A stretch of 64,000 bases of DNA from an uncultured bacterium (GTDB lineage Bacteria; Krumholzibacteriota; Krumholzibacteriia; Krumholzibacteriales; Krumholzibacteriaceae). Below are positions 18,304 through 27,774 of this stretch, piece after piece. The DNA lies in NCBI GenBank assembly GCA_963747385.1, contig CAVVEY010000014.1, positions 6,590-70,589 on the forward strand, given 5' to 3'. Position 1 is the stretch's first letter. Every line of letters begins with the position of its first letter. Both the position numbers and the translations under genes were made by a program. The notes beneath the pieces are model-generated. The model was not told the origin of the DNA, ran no database searches, and saw only the letters and a program-made list of their open reading frames with translations.

Positions 18304-21300
18304 CTAATGGTTCAGGATCTCCAGCAGGTCGGCTTCGATCGACTTGGCGGGGGATTCGACGATTCTCCCGAGCTCCACGCCGCCTCGGTACAGGATGATG
18401 CTCTCGACCGCCTTGACCGCGTAGTAGTCCCGGACGTTCTTCGACCAGTCGATGAGCTCCTGCGGGAGCGCCGCCTCGCTCGTCGCTTTCGCTCGCTCGA
18501 CGGCGAATGTTTTCATGGCGTCGTACGAGAATCCCGCCGAATCGAGCACCTTCCAGAGCCTCGGAACCTGCTGGTGCGAGTCGCTGCACCAGGTGCCGAG
18601 CACGAGGACGATCTCGATCCCGTCGAGGCGGCCCGCCGAGATCTCCGAGGATCGCCTCGTCGGGCTTGTAGTCGTAGTACTCGGCGTCCCAGGCGGCGAT
18701 ATTCGAGACGATGTCCTCTCGCGTGACGTCGCCGAGAACCACCTTCGAGCCGTCCTTCTTCTCGACCACCTTCACGCCGATTTTGGCCGGCGGGGTCGCG
18801 GGGACTGCCGGCTGCGCGGTCTCGGCGACGGGAGCGCTCGCCGTCTCCGGGGCCGCCGCTCCGGCCTTTTCGCCCTCCGCGGCGTCTTCGCCCGCCGGCG
18901 GCCAGAGATCGTTCCACCATTCGGGCTCGCTCTTTAGGTAGCGGTCGAACCACGCGATGATCGAGTTCGACCAGACGACGCGCTTCTTGTATTCGAGGAT
19001 GAAGTGGTCCTGCTCGTCGAACCTGAGATATTCGACGGTCTTGCCGAGAAGCTTGAGCGCGGTGAACAGCTGCTCGCTCTCCCCCGTGGGGACGTTCGTG
19101 TCGGCGCCGCCGTGGGTGAGGAGGAGCGGCGTCTTGATCCTGTCCGCGCCGAAGAGCGGGCTCTGGTCGACGTAGATGTCGCGCCTGTTCCACGGGAAGC
19201 TGTTCGCGGCGGCGACGGCGTTGTAGCCGTATCCCCAGTAGCCCTCCCCCCAGTAGCTTGCGATCGAGCTGATCCCGGCGTGCGAGACCGCCGCGGCGAA
19301 CATATCGGTCTTCGTGACGAGGAGCTCCGTCATGAAGCCGCCGTACGAGGCGCCGATGCACCCGAGCCTGGTACCGTCGACGAAGGGGTGCGCCTCGACG
19401 AACTTCTTCGCTCCCTCGATGATCTCGCCGGCGACGACCTTGCCCCAGTCGTTCACGTGTGCGGCCGAGAACTCCTGCCCGTAGCCGGTCGCGCCGCTCG
19501 GCTGGAGGACGTAGACGACGTAGCCGTGGGCGGCCCAGAGGTTCTTCGGATAGCGCCCGCCGTACGCGCGGTTCACCGGGGAGGTGCCCCCGTAGTAATA
19601 GACGATGCACGGGTATTTCTTCCGGGAATCGAAGCCGGGCGGGAGGTAGTAATAGCCGTCGATGGTCTTCCCGGCCGGGCTCGTGAAGCTCCAGTCCTCG
19701 ACGCCGTCGAGCTCGATGTCGGCGAATGTCCCGGCGTTGGGGTCGTAGATCATGCGCGATGCGCCCTTCGCGAGATCGATCGCGTAGAGGCGCGCAGGCG
19801 TGGTCGAGCTCGATCCGACGTCGACGGCGACGAGCTTGCTTCGGGCGATGTCGCCGTTCTCCGAGACGTCGAATCCCGTCTCGATTCGCGCGAACGTCTT
19901 CTTCTTCGGATTGCAGCGGAAGAGGCCGGTCTTCGATCCGACCTCGGCGGCGACGTATATGTTCCCGTCGACCGTGGACCACGCGGCGTCCTGGACCGCG
20001 GGGTCGAAATCCCGCGTGAGCGGCTCGGCGGTCTTCGTCGCGAGGTCGTACACGTAGAGCTGGCCGTCGTAATCGTTCGGGATCGTGCCCTCGCTCACCT
20101 TGAGCCCGATGTTTCCGAATGCCGACGGACCCGACCGTATGAGAATCTTCGTTCCGTCGGGGGAGAAGGATGCGTCGTCGAGCCAGCGCCCCTTGAAAAG
20201 CGAATCGACGCTCTGATCCTCGAGATTCAGAATATAGAGATCGGCGACGCCGTAGGGCCGCTCCGAGAGATCCTCGTATCCTCTCGACATGAGAATGCGC
20301 TTCCCGTCCGGATGAACGTCGTAGATGCCCGTGCCGTACTTTCCGGCGGTCAGGCGGCGCGTCTCCCCGCCGGGAACGGTCGTCACGTAGAGATACGAGC
20401 GGTCGCCGCCCCCGCGCTGCCGGTCCTCCACCTTCGTCAAACGTTTGAGCCCGCGCTTGTCGGGCTCGGCCTTCTCCGAGACCGTATAGACGATGAACGA
20501 TCCGTCGCGGGCCCAGAGGTAATCGTCGAGATTGTTCACGTTTTCGAGAATGGTGGAGCATTCGCCCGAATCGAGATCGAGGAGGCGCAGCGTGCCCGTG
20601 TCCTTGTCTCCCGCTATCACGTACGAGAGCCGCTTTCCGACGGGCGCCCACTGAACGTTCGACATCCGGTCGACGTCCCTGATCGTGCGCTCGAGCGAGC
20701 CGTCCTTCATCCGCCGGATCTCGAGCCAGCTCTGGCGCTTGTCGGTCTCGCGCGAGTATTTGCCGGTGTTGATCGCGACGAGGCTCCCGTCCGGCGAGAG
20801 GGCGGTTCTCGAGATCGTCTGGTGGTAGAGAATCTCGTTCAGGGAGATTTCGCGCTTCGGGGAAAGGGAGACGTCGATCGCTCCTTCCCGGCCGCCCGAA
20901 AGGGATACGTCGATGCGCCAGTCCGCGGCGGACGTGTCGGACGGCATGCGGACGGTCTTGACGAGGAGGAGGTGCTTGCCCCGTTCGAGCTTGGCCTCGC
21001 CGGATTTCTTCTCCGCGAGCCCCGCGGTTTTCTCGCTCTTCACGATCTCGGCGCCGTCGATCGTGACGGCGAAGGCGTCGCTCGATCGCGCGCTCACGGA
21101 GAGCTTGGTCCAGCGCGGGACCTCGACGTAGGCGGCGAGGTAGGCGATGGCCGGCGCCTCTCCGCCGACGGGGATCGATACGCCGTTCGTGTCGGCCGCG
21201 GCGCTCCGCCATGCGGCCTTCGCTCCGAAGAGCAGCGCCTGCGCCGCGCCTTCGACCGGTTTCATCGCAGAGAGCGGGATCTCCTCGTAGGAGAGGAGCT

Positions 21301-21509
21301 TCGCCGCGCCGAATTTCTGCTTCTCCCCGGCGATGAACGCGGGCGAGCGGCGCCGGGAACGGCCCGAGCATGAGCCATGTGTCGACGTGCGCCGCTTTCA
21401 CCTCGACGGCGGTGGCGGCCGTCGGCTTTTCTGCCGCGGCGCCCGCGATCGAGGCGACAATCAGAACACAGAGGGCGGCGAGTAGCGATAGCACAGGAAG
21501 ACGTTTCAT
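18304..21509 (-). CDS. S9 family serine peptidase (beta-propeller plus alpha/beta hydrolase) fused through a Pro/Ala linker to a C-terminal thioredoxin-like module; frame broken twice
   Basis: N-terminus MKRLPVLSLLAALCVLIVASIAGA (frame of ORF 18513-21545). A shift near 21341 leads into ORF 18167-21265. Catalytic motifs are GASYGGF (Ser), HGGADTNV (Asp) and DEQDHF (His). A PA-rich linker follows. After ...YYDYKPDEAIL, a shift near 18646 leads into ORF 18304-18603: EISAGRLDGIEIVLVLGTWCSDSHQQVPRLWKVL... Confidence 0.8.
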
Positions 21510-21751
21510 GGAGGTTCCCTCTTTCGTTAAGGATTCGGCTTGCATCGAAACGTTCCCTGCGGCCGGGAGCGTTCGAGCCGATGATACTCGCTGCGCCGGC
21601 GGTTTTCAAGGGAGAGCTCTCGTTCGGGCCTCCTTCGATCGGCTCGATCGCGCGAGACGACATCGAGCTCGCGCGAAAGGAAGTTGCAATAGAAGCCCCC
21701 CTTTCTTATCATATACCGAACACGGGACGGATGGTCTTGTTCCAGGAGGGT

Positions 21752-22330
21752 ATGAAGCGGATGAAAGGTATGCGCACTCTTTTCGCCGCCACGCTGTGTC
21801 TCATTATCGCGGTGGGCTGCGACGGAAGAAACGGTTCCGGAGAAGGTTCGAAGACGTCGGCGGACGCTTCGTCGTCGGAAAAGGCCGGGGCGTGGCTTCC
21901 CTTCAACGAGGGGATGGCGCTCGCCGCGAAGGAGAACAAGCACGTCGTCATCGATTTCTACACGACGTGGTGCCACTGGTGCAAGGTCATGGACCGCGAA
22001 ACCTTCTCGGATCCCGAGGTCAGGAAGTACCTCGCCGAGAACTTCGTCACGATCCGGATCAACGCCGAAAGCACGACAGAGAAAGTGAGCTTCAAGGGGG
22101 AGGAGCTGACTCCCGTGGCGCTCGCCCGCGCGTTCGGCGTGAAGGGTTTTCCCTCTATCGCCTATCTCGACCGGGAAGGGCAGCTCGTGACGATCGTTCC
22201 GGGCTTCATGCCCGCGAAGACCTTTCTGCCGCTCCTCCAGTATATGCAGAAGGAATGCTACAAGCAGCAGATGACGTTCGATGAGTTCATGAAGAAAAAG
22301 GGCGAGTGCGAAACGACCGGAAAGAAATAG
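21752..22330 (+). CDS. Thioredoxin-fold lipoprotein (WCxxC)
   Basis: ATG after GGAGGG, lipobox IIAVGC, and HVVIDFYTTWCHWCKVMD followed by GFPSIAYL. Confidence 0.8.
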   Translation: MKRMKGMRTLFAATLCLIIAVGCDGRNGSGEGSKTSADASSSEKAGAWLPFNEGMALAAKENKHVVIDFYTTWCHWCKVMDRETFSDPEVRKYLAENFVTIRINAESTTEKVSFKGEELTPVALARAFGVKGFPSIAYLDREGQLVTIVPGFMPAKTFLPLLQYMQKECYKQQMTFDEFMKKKGECETTGKK

Positions 22331-22361
22331 ATCTTTTGGAATTGCAGGGAAGGAGATCGAA

Positions 22362-23450
22362 ATGAGGATCGGAGTGCTGACCGGCGGCGGAGACGCGCCG
22401 GGACTCAATCCCGCGATAGCGGGGATAGTCGAGCGGGCGACCATGGACGGGTTCGAGGTGGTCGGGCTCAAGCGGGGATGGCAGGCGCTCGCGATACGCG
22501 AGAACGACAGTCACGTCGTGAAGCTCGGCCCCGAGATCATCCGCGAGTACAGCCGCCTCGGCGGGAGCAAGATCCAGTGCAGCAGGACGAATCCGGTGAG
22601 CCCGCAGAACGACCGCACCGACATCGTCAAGGAGAACATGAAGAAGTTCAAGCTCGACGCGATCATCGCGATCGGCGGCGAGGATACGCTCGGCGCGGCC
22701 GAGGTGCTCTCCGAGCGGGGAGTGCCGGTGGTCGGCATACCGAAGACGATCGATCGGGACCTCACGGGCACCGAATACACGCTCGGCTACGATACCGCCC
22801 TCAACGTCATCTGCGAGAGCGCGGAGCGGGTGGCGCACACGGCGGAATCGCACGAAACGATATTCTTTCTGGAGGTCATGGGACGGCACGCCGGGTGGCT
22901 CGCTCTCCGGGGCGGGGAATCGGCGTTCGCGGACGTCATCCTGATTCCGGAGTATACCTTCTCCATCCAGAAGCTCATATCGGTGCTCAAGGAGAGGCAG
23001 AAAGAGACCGACGATCTGAATCTCGGCTTCGAGCACCGCTACAAGATCATCGTCGTCGCCGAGGGCGCCCACATCGAGGGCGAAGAAGCGGTGCGGCGCG
23101 ACAGCAAGCTCGACGAGTTCGGGCATTACAGCCTCGGCGGGGTGGGGGATTACCTCAAGAGCCTCCTCGAGCATGAGTTCAAGCACACGCGCTACACGGC
23201 GCTCGCGTACCTCCAGAGGGGCGCGCCGCCGTCGCAGCGGGACCGGCAGATCGGGCGGAGATTCGGCCACAGCGCCGTGGAGATCGTCAAGGACGGGAAA
23301 TTCGGACACATGGTGGCCGTACAGAAGTCGAAGCTCGTCGTCGTCCCGCTCAGGGAAGTGCGCAAATCCCCGCGCCTCGTCGACGTCGACAAGCTCTACG
23401 ACAAGGACCGGCTCAACGTGAAGATCGAGAATCCTCTGCTCGATACTTGA
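22362..23450 (+). CDS. pfp: 6-phosphofructokinase, probably pyrophosphate-dependent
   Basis: MRIGVLTGGGDAPGLN, IAIGGEDTLGAA, GIPKTIDRD and MGRHAGWLAL. Asp in GGEDT and Lys in PKTID occupy the positions of E. coli PfkA Gly104 and Gly124. Confidence 0.85.
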   Translation: MRIGVLTGGGDAPGLNPAIAGIVERATMDGFEVVGLKRGWQALAIRENDSHVVKLGPEIIREYSRLGGSKIQCSRTNPVSPQNDRTDIVKENMKKFKLDAIIAIGGEDTLGAAEVLSERGVPVVGIPKTIDRDLTGTEYTLGYDTALNVICESAERVAHTAESHETIFFLEVMGRHAGWLALRGGESAFADVILIPEYTFSIQKLISVLKERQKETDDLNLGFEHRYKIIVVAEGAHIEGEEAVRRDSKLDEFGHYSLGGVGDYLKSLLEHEFKHTRYTALAYLQRGAPPSQRDRQIGRRFGHSAVEIVKDGKFGHMVAVQKSKLVVVPLREVRKSPRLVDVDKLYDKDRLNVKIENPLLDT

Positions 23451-23525
23451 CTGAAGGCTTCGGGGTCGGATGCGGGATCGAAGCGCCGCGCGGCCGAGCC
23501 GACGCTCTCGACCTGAGAAGGGGTA

Positions 23526-24668
23526 TCAGCCTCTCCTGAAGACCGCGACGGTCTCCGCATGGTACGTCGCGGGGAAGAGGTCGACGAGATTGATCTCGGA
23601 GAGGATATAGCCCGCCTCGATGAGCGCCTTCGCGTCCCGCGCGAAGGTCGGCGGATCGCACGAGACGAAGATGAGCTCCTGAGGCTTGATCCTGATTATT
23701 CCCTGAAGCACCGCTTTCGGAAGCCCCAGACGCGGCGGATCGACCATGATGAGGTCGTATCCGCCGAGCCTCCCGATCTCCTTCTCCGCGTTGCCGCGCC
23801 GGAACTTCGCGTTCGCGACCCCGTTGAGCCTCGCGGCCGCCGTGGCGTTCCGCGCCGCGGCCTGATTCTGCTCGATGCCGAACGCCTCGATCGCCATTTT
23901 CGCGAGGGGAAGGGTGAAGAATCCCGCGCCGCAGTAGAGGTCGAGGAGCTTCCGGCGCACGGCGCCGGGGAGCGAGACGACGAGCTCGACAAGAGATGTC
24001 GCGAGGAAGCGGTTGACCTGGAAGAAGGAGTCGTGGCTCACGGGGAACATGAGGCCGCCCGCCTCCATGAGGACCTCGGGAGGTCCCGGGCGGTCGAGAA
24101 GTCCCCAGAAATGCACCGCGCCGAACTTGTCCATCCGAACGCGGACCTCGGTGAGCGGTTCGAACGACTCGCTCGGGATCTCGGCGATCGCCTTTCTCAT
24201 TTCCTCGGGGAGCAGCAGGCATCCCTGCGGCGGGAAGGGAACGAGGGTATCCGATTCCCGCATGAGGAATCCCGGCCGTCTCTCGGCGTCGACCTTGAAA
24301 ATGGCGTGGTTCCGGTATCCGTAGCGTTCGGGGCAGGGAATGACGCGCTTGAACTCGGTCTTGGTCTTCCCGATGCGTTCGAGGTCCTCGAGGACGCTCT
24401 CGCGCTTGACCTTCATCTCGTCCTCGTAGCCGAGGTGCTGCAGGTGGCAGCCGCCGCACGAGCCGAAGACGGGGCATTCGGCCTCGCGCCGCAAGGGAGA
24501 GGGCTCGACGATGCGATCGATGCGGCCGAATATGATATTCTTCTTCTCGCGCACGGCGGTGAACTCGACCGTGTCTCCGGGCGCCGCGTACGGTATGAAC
24601 GCGGTCTTGCCCTCGACGAAGGCGAGGCCGTAGCCTCCGTGAACGATCTTCTTGATTTCAGCTATCAT
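23526..24668 (-). CDS. 23S rRNA (uracil-5-)-methyltransferase RlmD/RumA family (TRAM plus Fe-S Cys cluster plus SAM methyltransferase)
   Basis: Start at MIAEIKK. Contains CPVFGSCGGCHLQHL, LDLYCGAGFFTLPLA, DPPRLG and FVSCDP. Confidence 0.85.
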   Translation of the reverse strand: MIAEIKKIVHGGYGLAFVEGKTAFIPYAAPGDTVEFTAVREKKNIIFGRIDRIVEPSPLRREAECPVFGSCGGCHLQHLGYEDEMKVKRESVLEDLERIGKTKTEFKRVIPCPERYGYRNHAIFKVDAERRPGFLMRESDTLVPFPPQGCLLLPEEMRKAIAEIPSESFEPLTEVRVRMDKFGAVHFWGLLDRPGPPEVLMEAGGLMFPVSHDSFFQVNRFLATSLVELVVSLPGAVRRKLLDLYCGAGFFTLPLAKMAIEAFGIEQNQAAARNATAAARLNGVANAKFRRGNAEKEIGRLGGYDLIMVDPPRLGLPKAVLQGIIRIKPQELIFVSCDPPTFARDAKALIEAGYILSEINLVDLFPATYHAETVAVFRRG

Positions 24669-24800
24669 GCCAAGAGATATAACAGTCCGCCCGCCCCGGC
24701 GAAACACATTTCTCGGAGAATCAGCCCGCTTGCCGGCAACTTACCCTTTACCGGCGGGCCGCCGGAGACTATACTCGCCCGAAATAACGGGGAGTTCCGC

Positions 24801-25454
24801 ATGAGAATCGGCATGATGATGAAATGGAAGATCCCGCCGCCGAACGCGCGCGTGGCGAGCGAGGCGCGCACCCTGATGACGGCCGGGCATAAGGTCTTTT
24901 TCCTCATCGAGGGGAGACCGGGCGAGGCGCGCGAGGAGTCGATGAACGGCCTGAACGTGGTGAGGGGCGTCAGAATGAGCGCGCCGAGGGAGATATGGCA
25001 CCGCTACACGTTCAATTTCACCTACCGGGATCCGCTCTGGGCGAAGGCGATCGAACGTTTCGTGCGCGAGCACAGCATCGACGTTCTGCACGTGAACGAT
25101 CTTCCGCTCTTCAGGGAGGCAGTCGCCGCCGGAAGGCGGCTGGGGCTTCCCGTCGTCGCGGACCTCCACGAGAACTATCCGGCGGGGCTCCAGGTCCGGC
25201 ACGCGAATCGCCTGGAGAAGGCGACGATCTACGCGCATGGCCGCTGGGCGAGGTACGAGCGCGCGGCGCTCCGCGACGTCGACGCGATCGTCGTCGCGAC
25301 CGTGGAGTCCCGCGACAGGCTCGTTGACCTCGGTGTCGGCGGGGAGAAGATCTCCGTCGTGCCGGACACGGCGGCCGTTCGTCCGGGGGAAGCCCCGGTC
25401 GATCCCGAGCTCGTCGAGCTCTACCGCAGACTCGCAACGATGAGAAAGGCATGA
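24801..25454 (+). CDS. Glycosyltransferase family 4, N-terminal (Glyco_trans_4-like) domain only
   Basis: ATG 24801 after GGGGAG. It sits in the tail of ORF 23559-25454. HVNDLPL, VVADLHENYP and ISVVPD resemble a GT4 N-domain. The 217-aa product stops before any E-x7-E C-domain. Confidence 0.6.
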   Translation: MRIGMMMKWKIPPPNARVASEARTLMTAGHKVFFLIEGRPGEAREESMNGLNVVRGVRMSAPREIWHRYTFNFTYRDPLWAKAIERFVREHSIDVLHVNDLPLFREAVAAGRRLGLPVVADLHENYPAGLQVRHANRLEKATIYAHGRWARYERAALRDVDAIVVATVESRDRLVDLGVGGEKISVVPDTAAVRPGEAPVDPELVELYRRLATMRKA

Positions 25455-25463
25455 GGAGCGAAT

Positions 25464-26597
25464 ATGTCTTCCAAAGCGCACCCGATGACGGTCAAGCTGC
25501 TCGATCTCGTTCCCCAGTACGAGGGCATCAGGGATGAGATCCGGGCGGCGATCGACGAGGTTCTCTCGACGCAGCAGTTCATTCTCGGGAAGAAGGTCGA
25601 GGAGCTCGAGGCGGAGATCGCCCGTTACTGCGGGGTGAGGCACGCCGTCGGCGTCGCGTCGGGAACGGACGCGATCCTGCTCGTCCTCATGGCGCTCGGC
25701 GTGAAGGAGGGGGACGAGGTCGTCACGACGCCGTACACCTTCTTCTCGACGGTGAGCTCCGTCACGCGCCTCGGCGCGAAGCCCGTGCTCGCCGATATCG
25801 ATCCCCGAACATATAATATCGATCCGGATCGCGTCTCGAAGCTCGTCACGCGCAAAACGAAGGCGATCCTCGTCGTGCATCTCTTCGGCCAGATCGCCGG
25901 GATGGACGCGATCTCGGAAGCGGCCGCGCGCTCGGGAGTTCCCGTCGTCGAGGACGCGTGCCAGTCGATCGGCGCGCGGTACAAGGGCAAGCGCGCGGGC
26001 TCGCTCGGCGCGGCGGGCTGCCTCTCCTTCTTCCCCTCGAAGAATCTCGGCGGCTTCGGCGACGGCGGGATGATCGTGACGGACGACGCGTCGCTCGCGG
26101 ACGCGGCGCGGATGCTCAGGGTCCACGGGGGGCGCGAAAGGTACTATCACGACGTCGTCGGGATCAACAGCCGCCTCGACGCCCTGCAGGCCGCCGTGCT
26201 CCTCGTGAAGATGAAGCACCTCGACGGGTGGCACGAGGGGCGGAGAAAGAACGCCGCGTATTACGACCGCGAGCTCTCGAAGGTGGCGGGAGTGACGATC
26301 CCGTACGTCGAGCCCCACAACGAGAGCGTGTACAACCAGTACGTCATCCGGGTGAAGGAGCGCGACGCGCTGCGGGATCATCTCCGGAAGCGGGGCGTCG
26401 GCTGCGACGTGTACTATCCCGTTCCGCTTCATCTGCAGAAGTGCTTCGCGTTCCTCGGCGGGAAGGCGGGGGATTTCCCCGAATCCGAGCGTGCTGCGCG
26501 CGAGACGCTCGCCCTCCCCGTGTACCCCGAGCTCGGGACCGCCGAGAAGGAATACGTCGTCTCGTGCATCCGCGAATTCCTGGAGCGCCGCGCATGA
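25464..26597 (+). CDS. DegT/DnrJ/EryC1/StrS family PLP-dependent sugar aminotransferase
   Basis: FILGKKVEELE, GVASGTDAI, DACQSIGA and SFFPSKNLGGFGDGG (PLP Lys). Confidence 0.9.
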   Translation: MSSKAHPMTVKLLDLVPQYEGIRDEIRAAIDEVLSTQQFILGKKVEELEAEIARYCGVRHAVGVASGTDAILLVLMALGVKEGDEVVTTPYTFFSTVSSVTRLGAKPVLADIDPRTYNIDPDRVSKLVTRKTKAILVVHLFGQIAGMDAISEAAARSGVPVVEDACQSIGARYKGKRAGSLGAAGCLSFFPSKNLGGFGDGGMIVTDDASLADAARMLRVHGGRERYYHDVVGINSRLDALQAAVLLVKMKHLDGWHEGRRKNAAYYDRELSKVAGVTIPYVEPHNESVYNQYVIRVKERDALRDHLRKRGVGCDVYYPVPLHLQKCFAFLGGKAGDFPESERAARETLALPVYPELGTAEKEYVVSCIREFLERRA

Positions 26598-26641
26598 AGA
26601 TTGTCAGCGCATGAAGGTCGTCCGCGCATGAAGGTCGTCTG
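26591..26641 (+). repeat. 17-nt tandem triplication spanning the degT stop and the next gene's start
   Basis: The units are CGCATGAAGATTGTCAG, CGCATGAAGGTCGTCCG and CGCATGAAGGTCGTCTG. Each carries an ATG (26594, 26611, 26628). The first two open 6-codon ORFs whose TGA overlaps the next ATG. Confidence 0.85.
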
Positions 26642-27764
26642 CTTCTCCGAGATCCAGTGGCGCTACGTGAGAACGCGCAAGCAGCAGGTGCTCTCGCGCT
26701 TTCCGGCCGATTGCGAGATACTCTTTCTCTCGAGCGTCGTGAGGGGGAAGCCGAACAATTTCCGGCCCATGCGCGACGGCCGCGTCGTTCACGTATGCGT
26801 TCCGATATTCAAGAACGTGCCCCAGCGCCGGCTTCAGGCCCTGCTGGCGCTGCCTCCCGTGCGCTTCGTCTGGAACGCCGTCATTCTCCTGTGGCTCTCC
26901 GCGATCTTCCTCGCGACCGGCTTCTCGGGACGCAACCGCGTCTTCTACGTGTCCAATATCTACTACGCGGCGATCCTTCCGTTTCTCTCGCGTTCGCTCC
27001 TCTTCTACGACTGCAACGACGATCATCTCGCGTTCCCCGACACGCCGCCGTGGGCGCGGAAGTATTTCCTCGCCCTCGCGCGGTCGGCCGATCTCGCGAT
27101 CGCGGTCAGCACGAGGCTCGCCGAGCTTCTCGGCGAGGCGGGAGTCCGGGAGGTGCGTCTCGTGGGGAACGGCGTCGACTATGATCTCTTCCGCGCGGCC
27201 GCCGAATCGGGCGTTCCCGACGACATGAAAGCGCTCGAGCGTCCCATCATCGGCTATTCGGGAGCGGTGGCCCAGTGGTTCGATTTCGAGCTGCTCGATT
27301 TCATTGCCGAATCGTTCCCGCGCGCCTCGATCGTCATGGTGGGGCCCGTGTTCGGCCCGCAGGCCGCGGAGCTCGCCGCGACGGCGGCGCGCCGGGGCAA
27401 CGTGTTTCATCTCGGGGCGAAACCCTACGAGAAGCTCGGGAGCTACATAGCGGCGATGGACGTTTGCATAATTCCGCTCAAGATGAACGATCTCATGCGA
27501 TCCGCCGACCCGAACAAGCTCTACGAATACGCCGCGTGCGGACGGCCGATCGTCACCATGAAGCATTCCGAGGATCTCGAGCCGCTCCGGGGAATGATCC
27601 ATCTCGCCGGGTCGCACGCCGAGTTCATCGAAGGAATCCGGCTCGCGCTCGCTTCGGGCGCGAATCAGGAGAAGCTCCTCGAGTTCGCGCGGAAACGGAG
27701 CTGGCAGGCGCGCGCGGACGAGATCGTCTCTCTCGTTCGGGAATCGATCGCTCGGAAATCCTAA
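26628..27764 (+). CDS. Glycosyltransferase (GT-B, GT4/TuaH-like)
   Basis: MKVVCFSEIQWRYVRTRKQQ..., IGYSGAVAQWFDFELL, VMVGP and NKLYEYAACGRPIV. Confidence 0.8.
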   Translation: MKVVCFSEIQWRYVRTRKQQVLSRFPADCEILFLSSVVRGKPNNFRPMRDGRVVHVCVPIFKNVPQRRLQALLALPPVRFVWNAVILLWLSAIFLATGFSGRNRVFYVSNIYYAAILPFLSRSLLFYDCNDDHLAFPDTPPWARKYFLALARSADLAIAVSTRLAELLGEAGVREVRLVGNGVDYDLFRAAAESGVPDDMKALERPIIGYSGAVAQWFDFELLDFIAESFPRASIVMVGPVFGPQAAELAATAARRGNVFHLGAKPYEKLGSYIAAMDVCIIPLKMNDLMRSADPNKLYEYAACGRPIVTMKHSEDLEPLRGMIHLAGSHAEFIEGIRLALASGANQEKLLEFARKRSWQARADEIVSLVRESIARKS

Positions 27765-27774
27765 AGGAGGATCC

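Noticed and set aside
19004-21373. 789-aa plus-strand ORF opposite the S9 peptidase, and similar R-rich frames 18513-21545.
   Set aside because: Composition is nonsense-like. Only the first roughly 55 codons of 18513-21545 (signal peptide) are real, and they join the S9 frame after a 1-nt shift.
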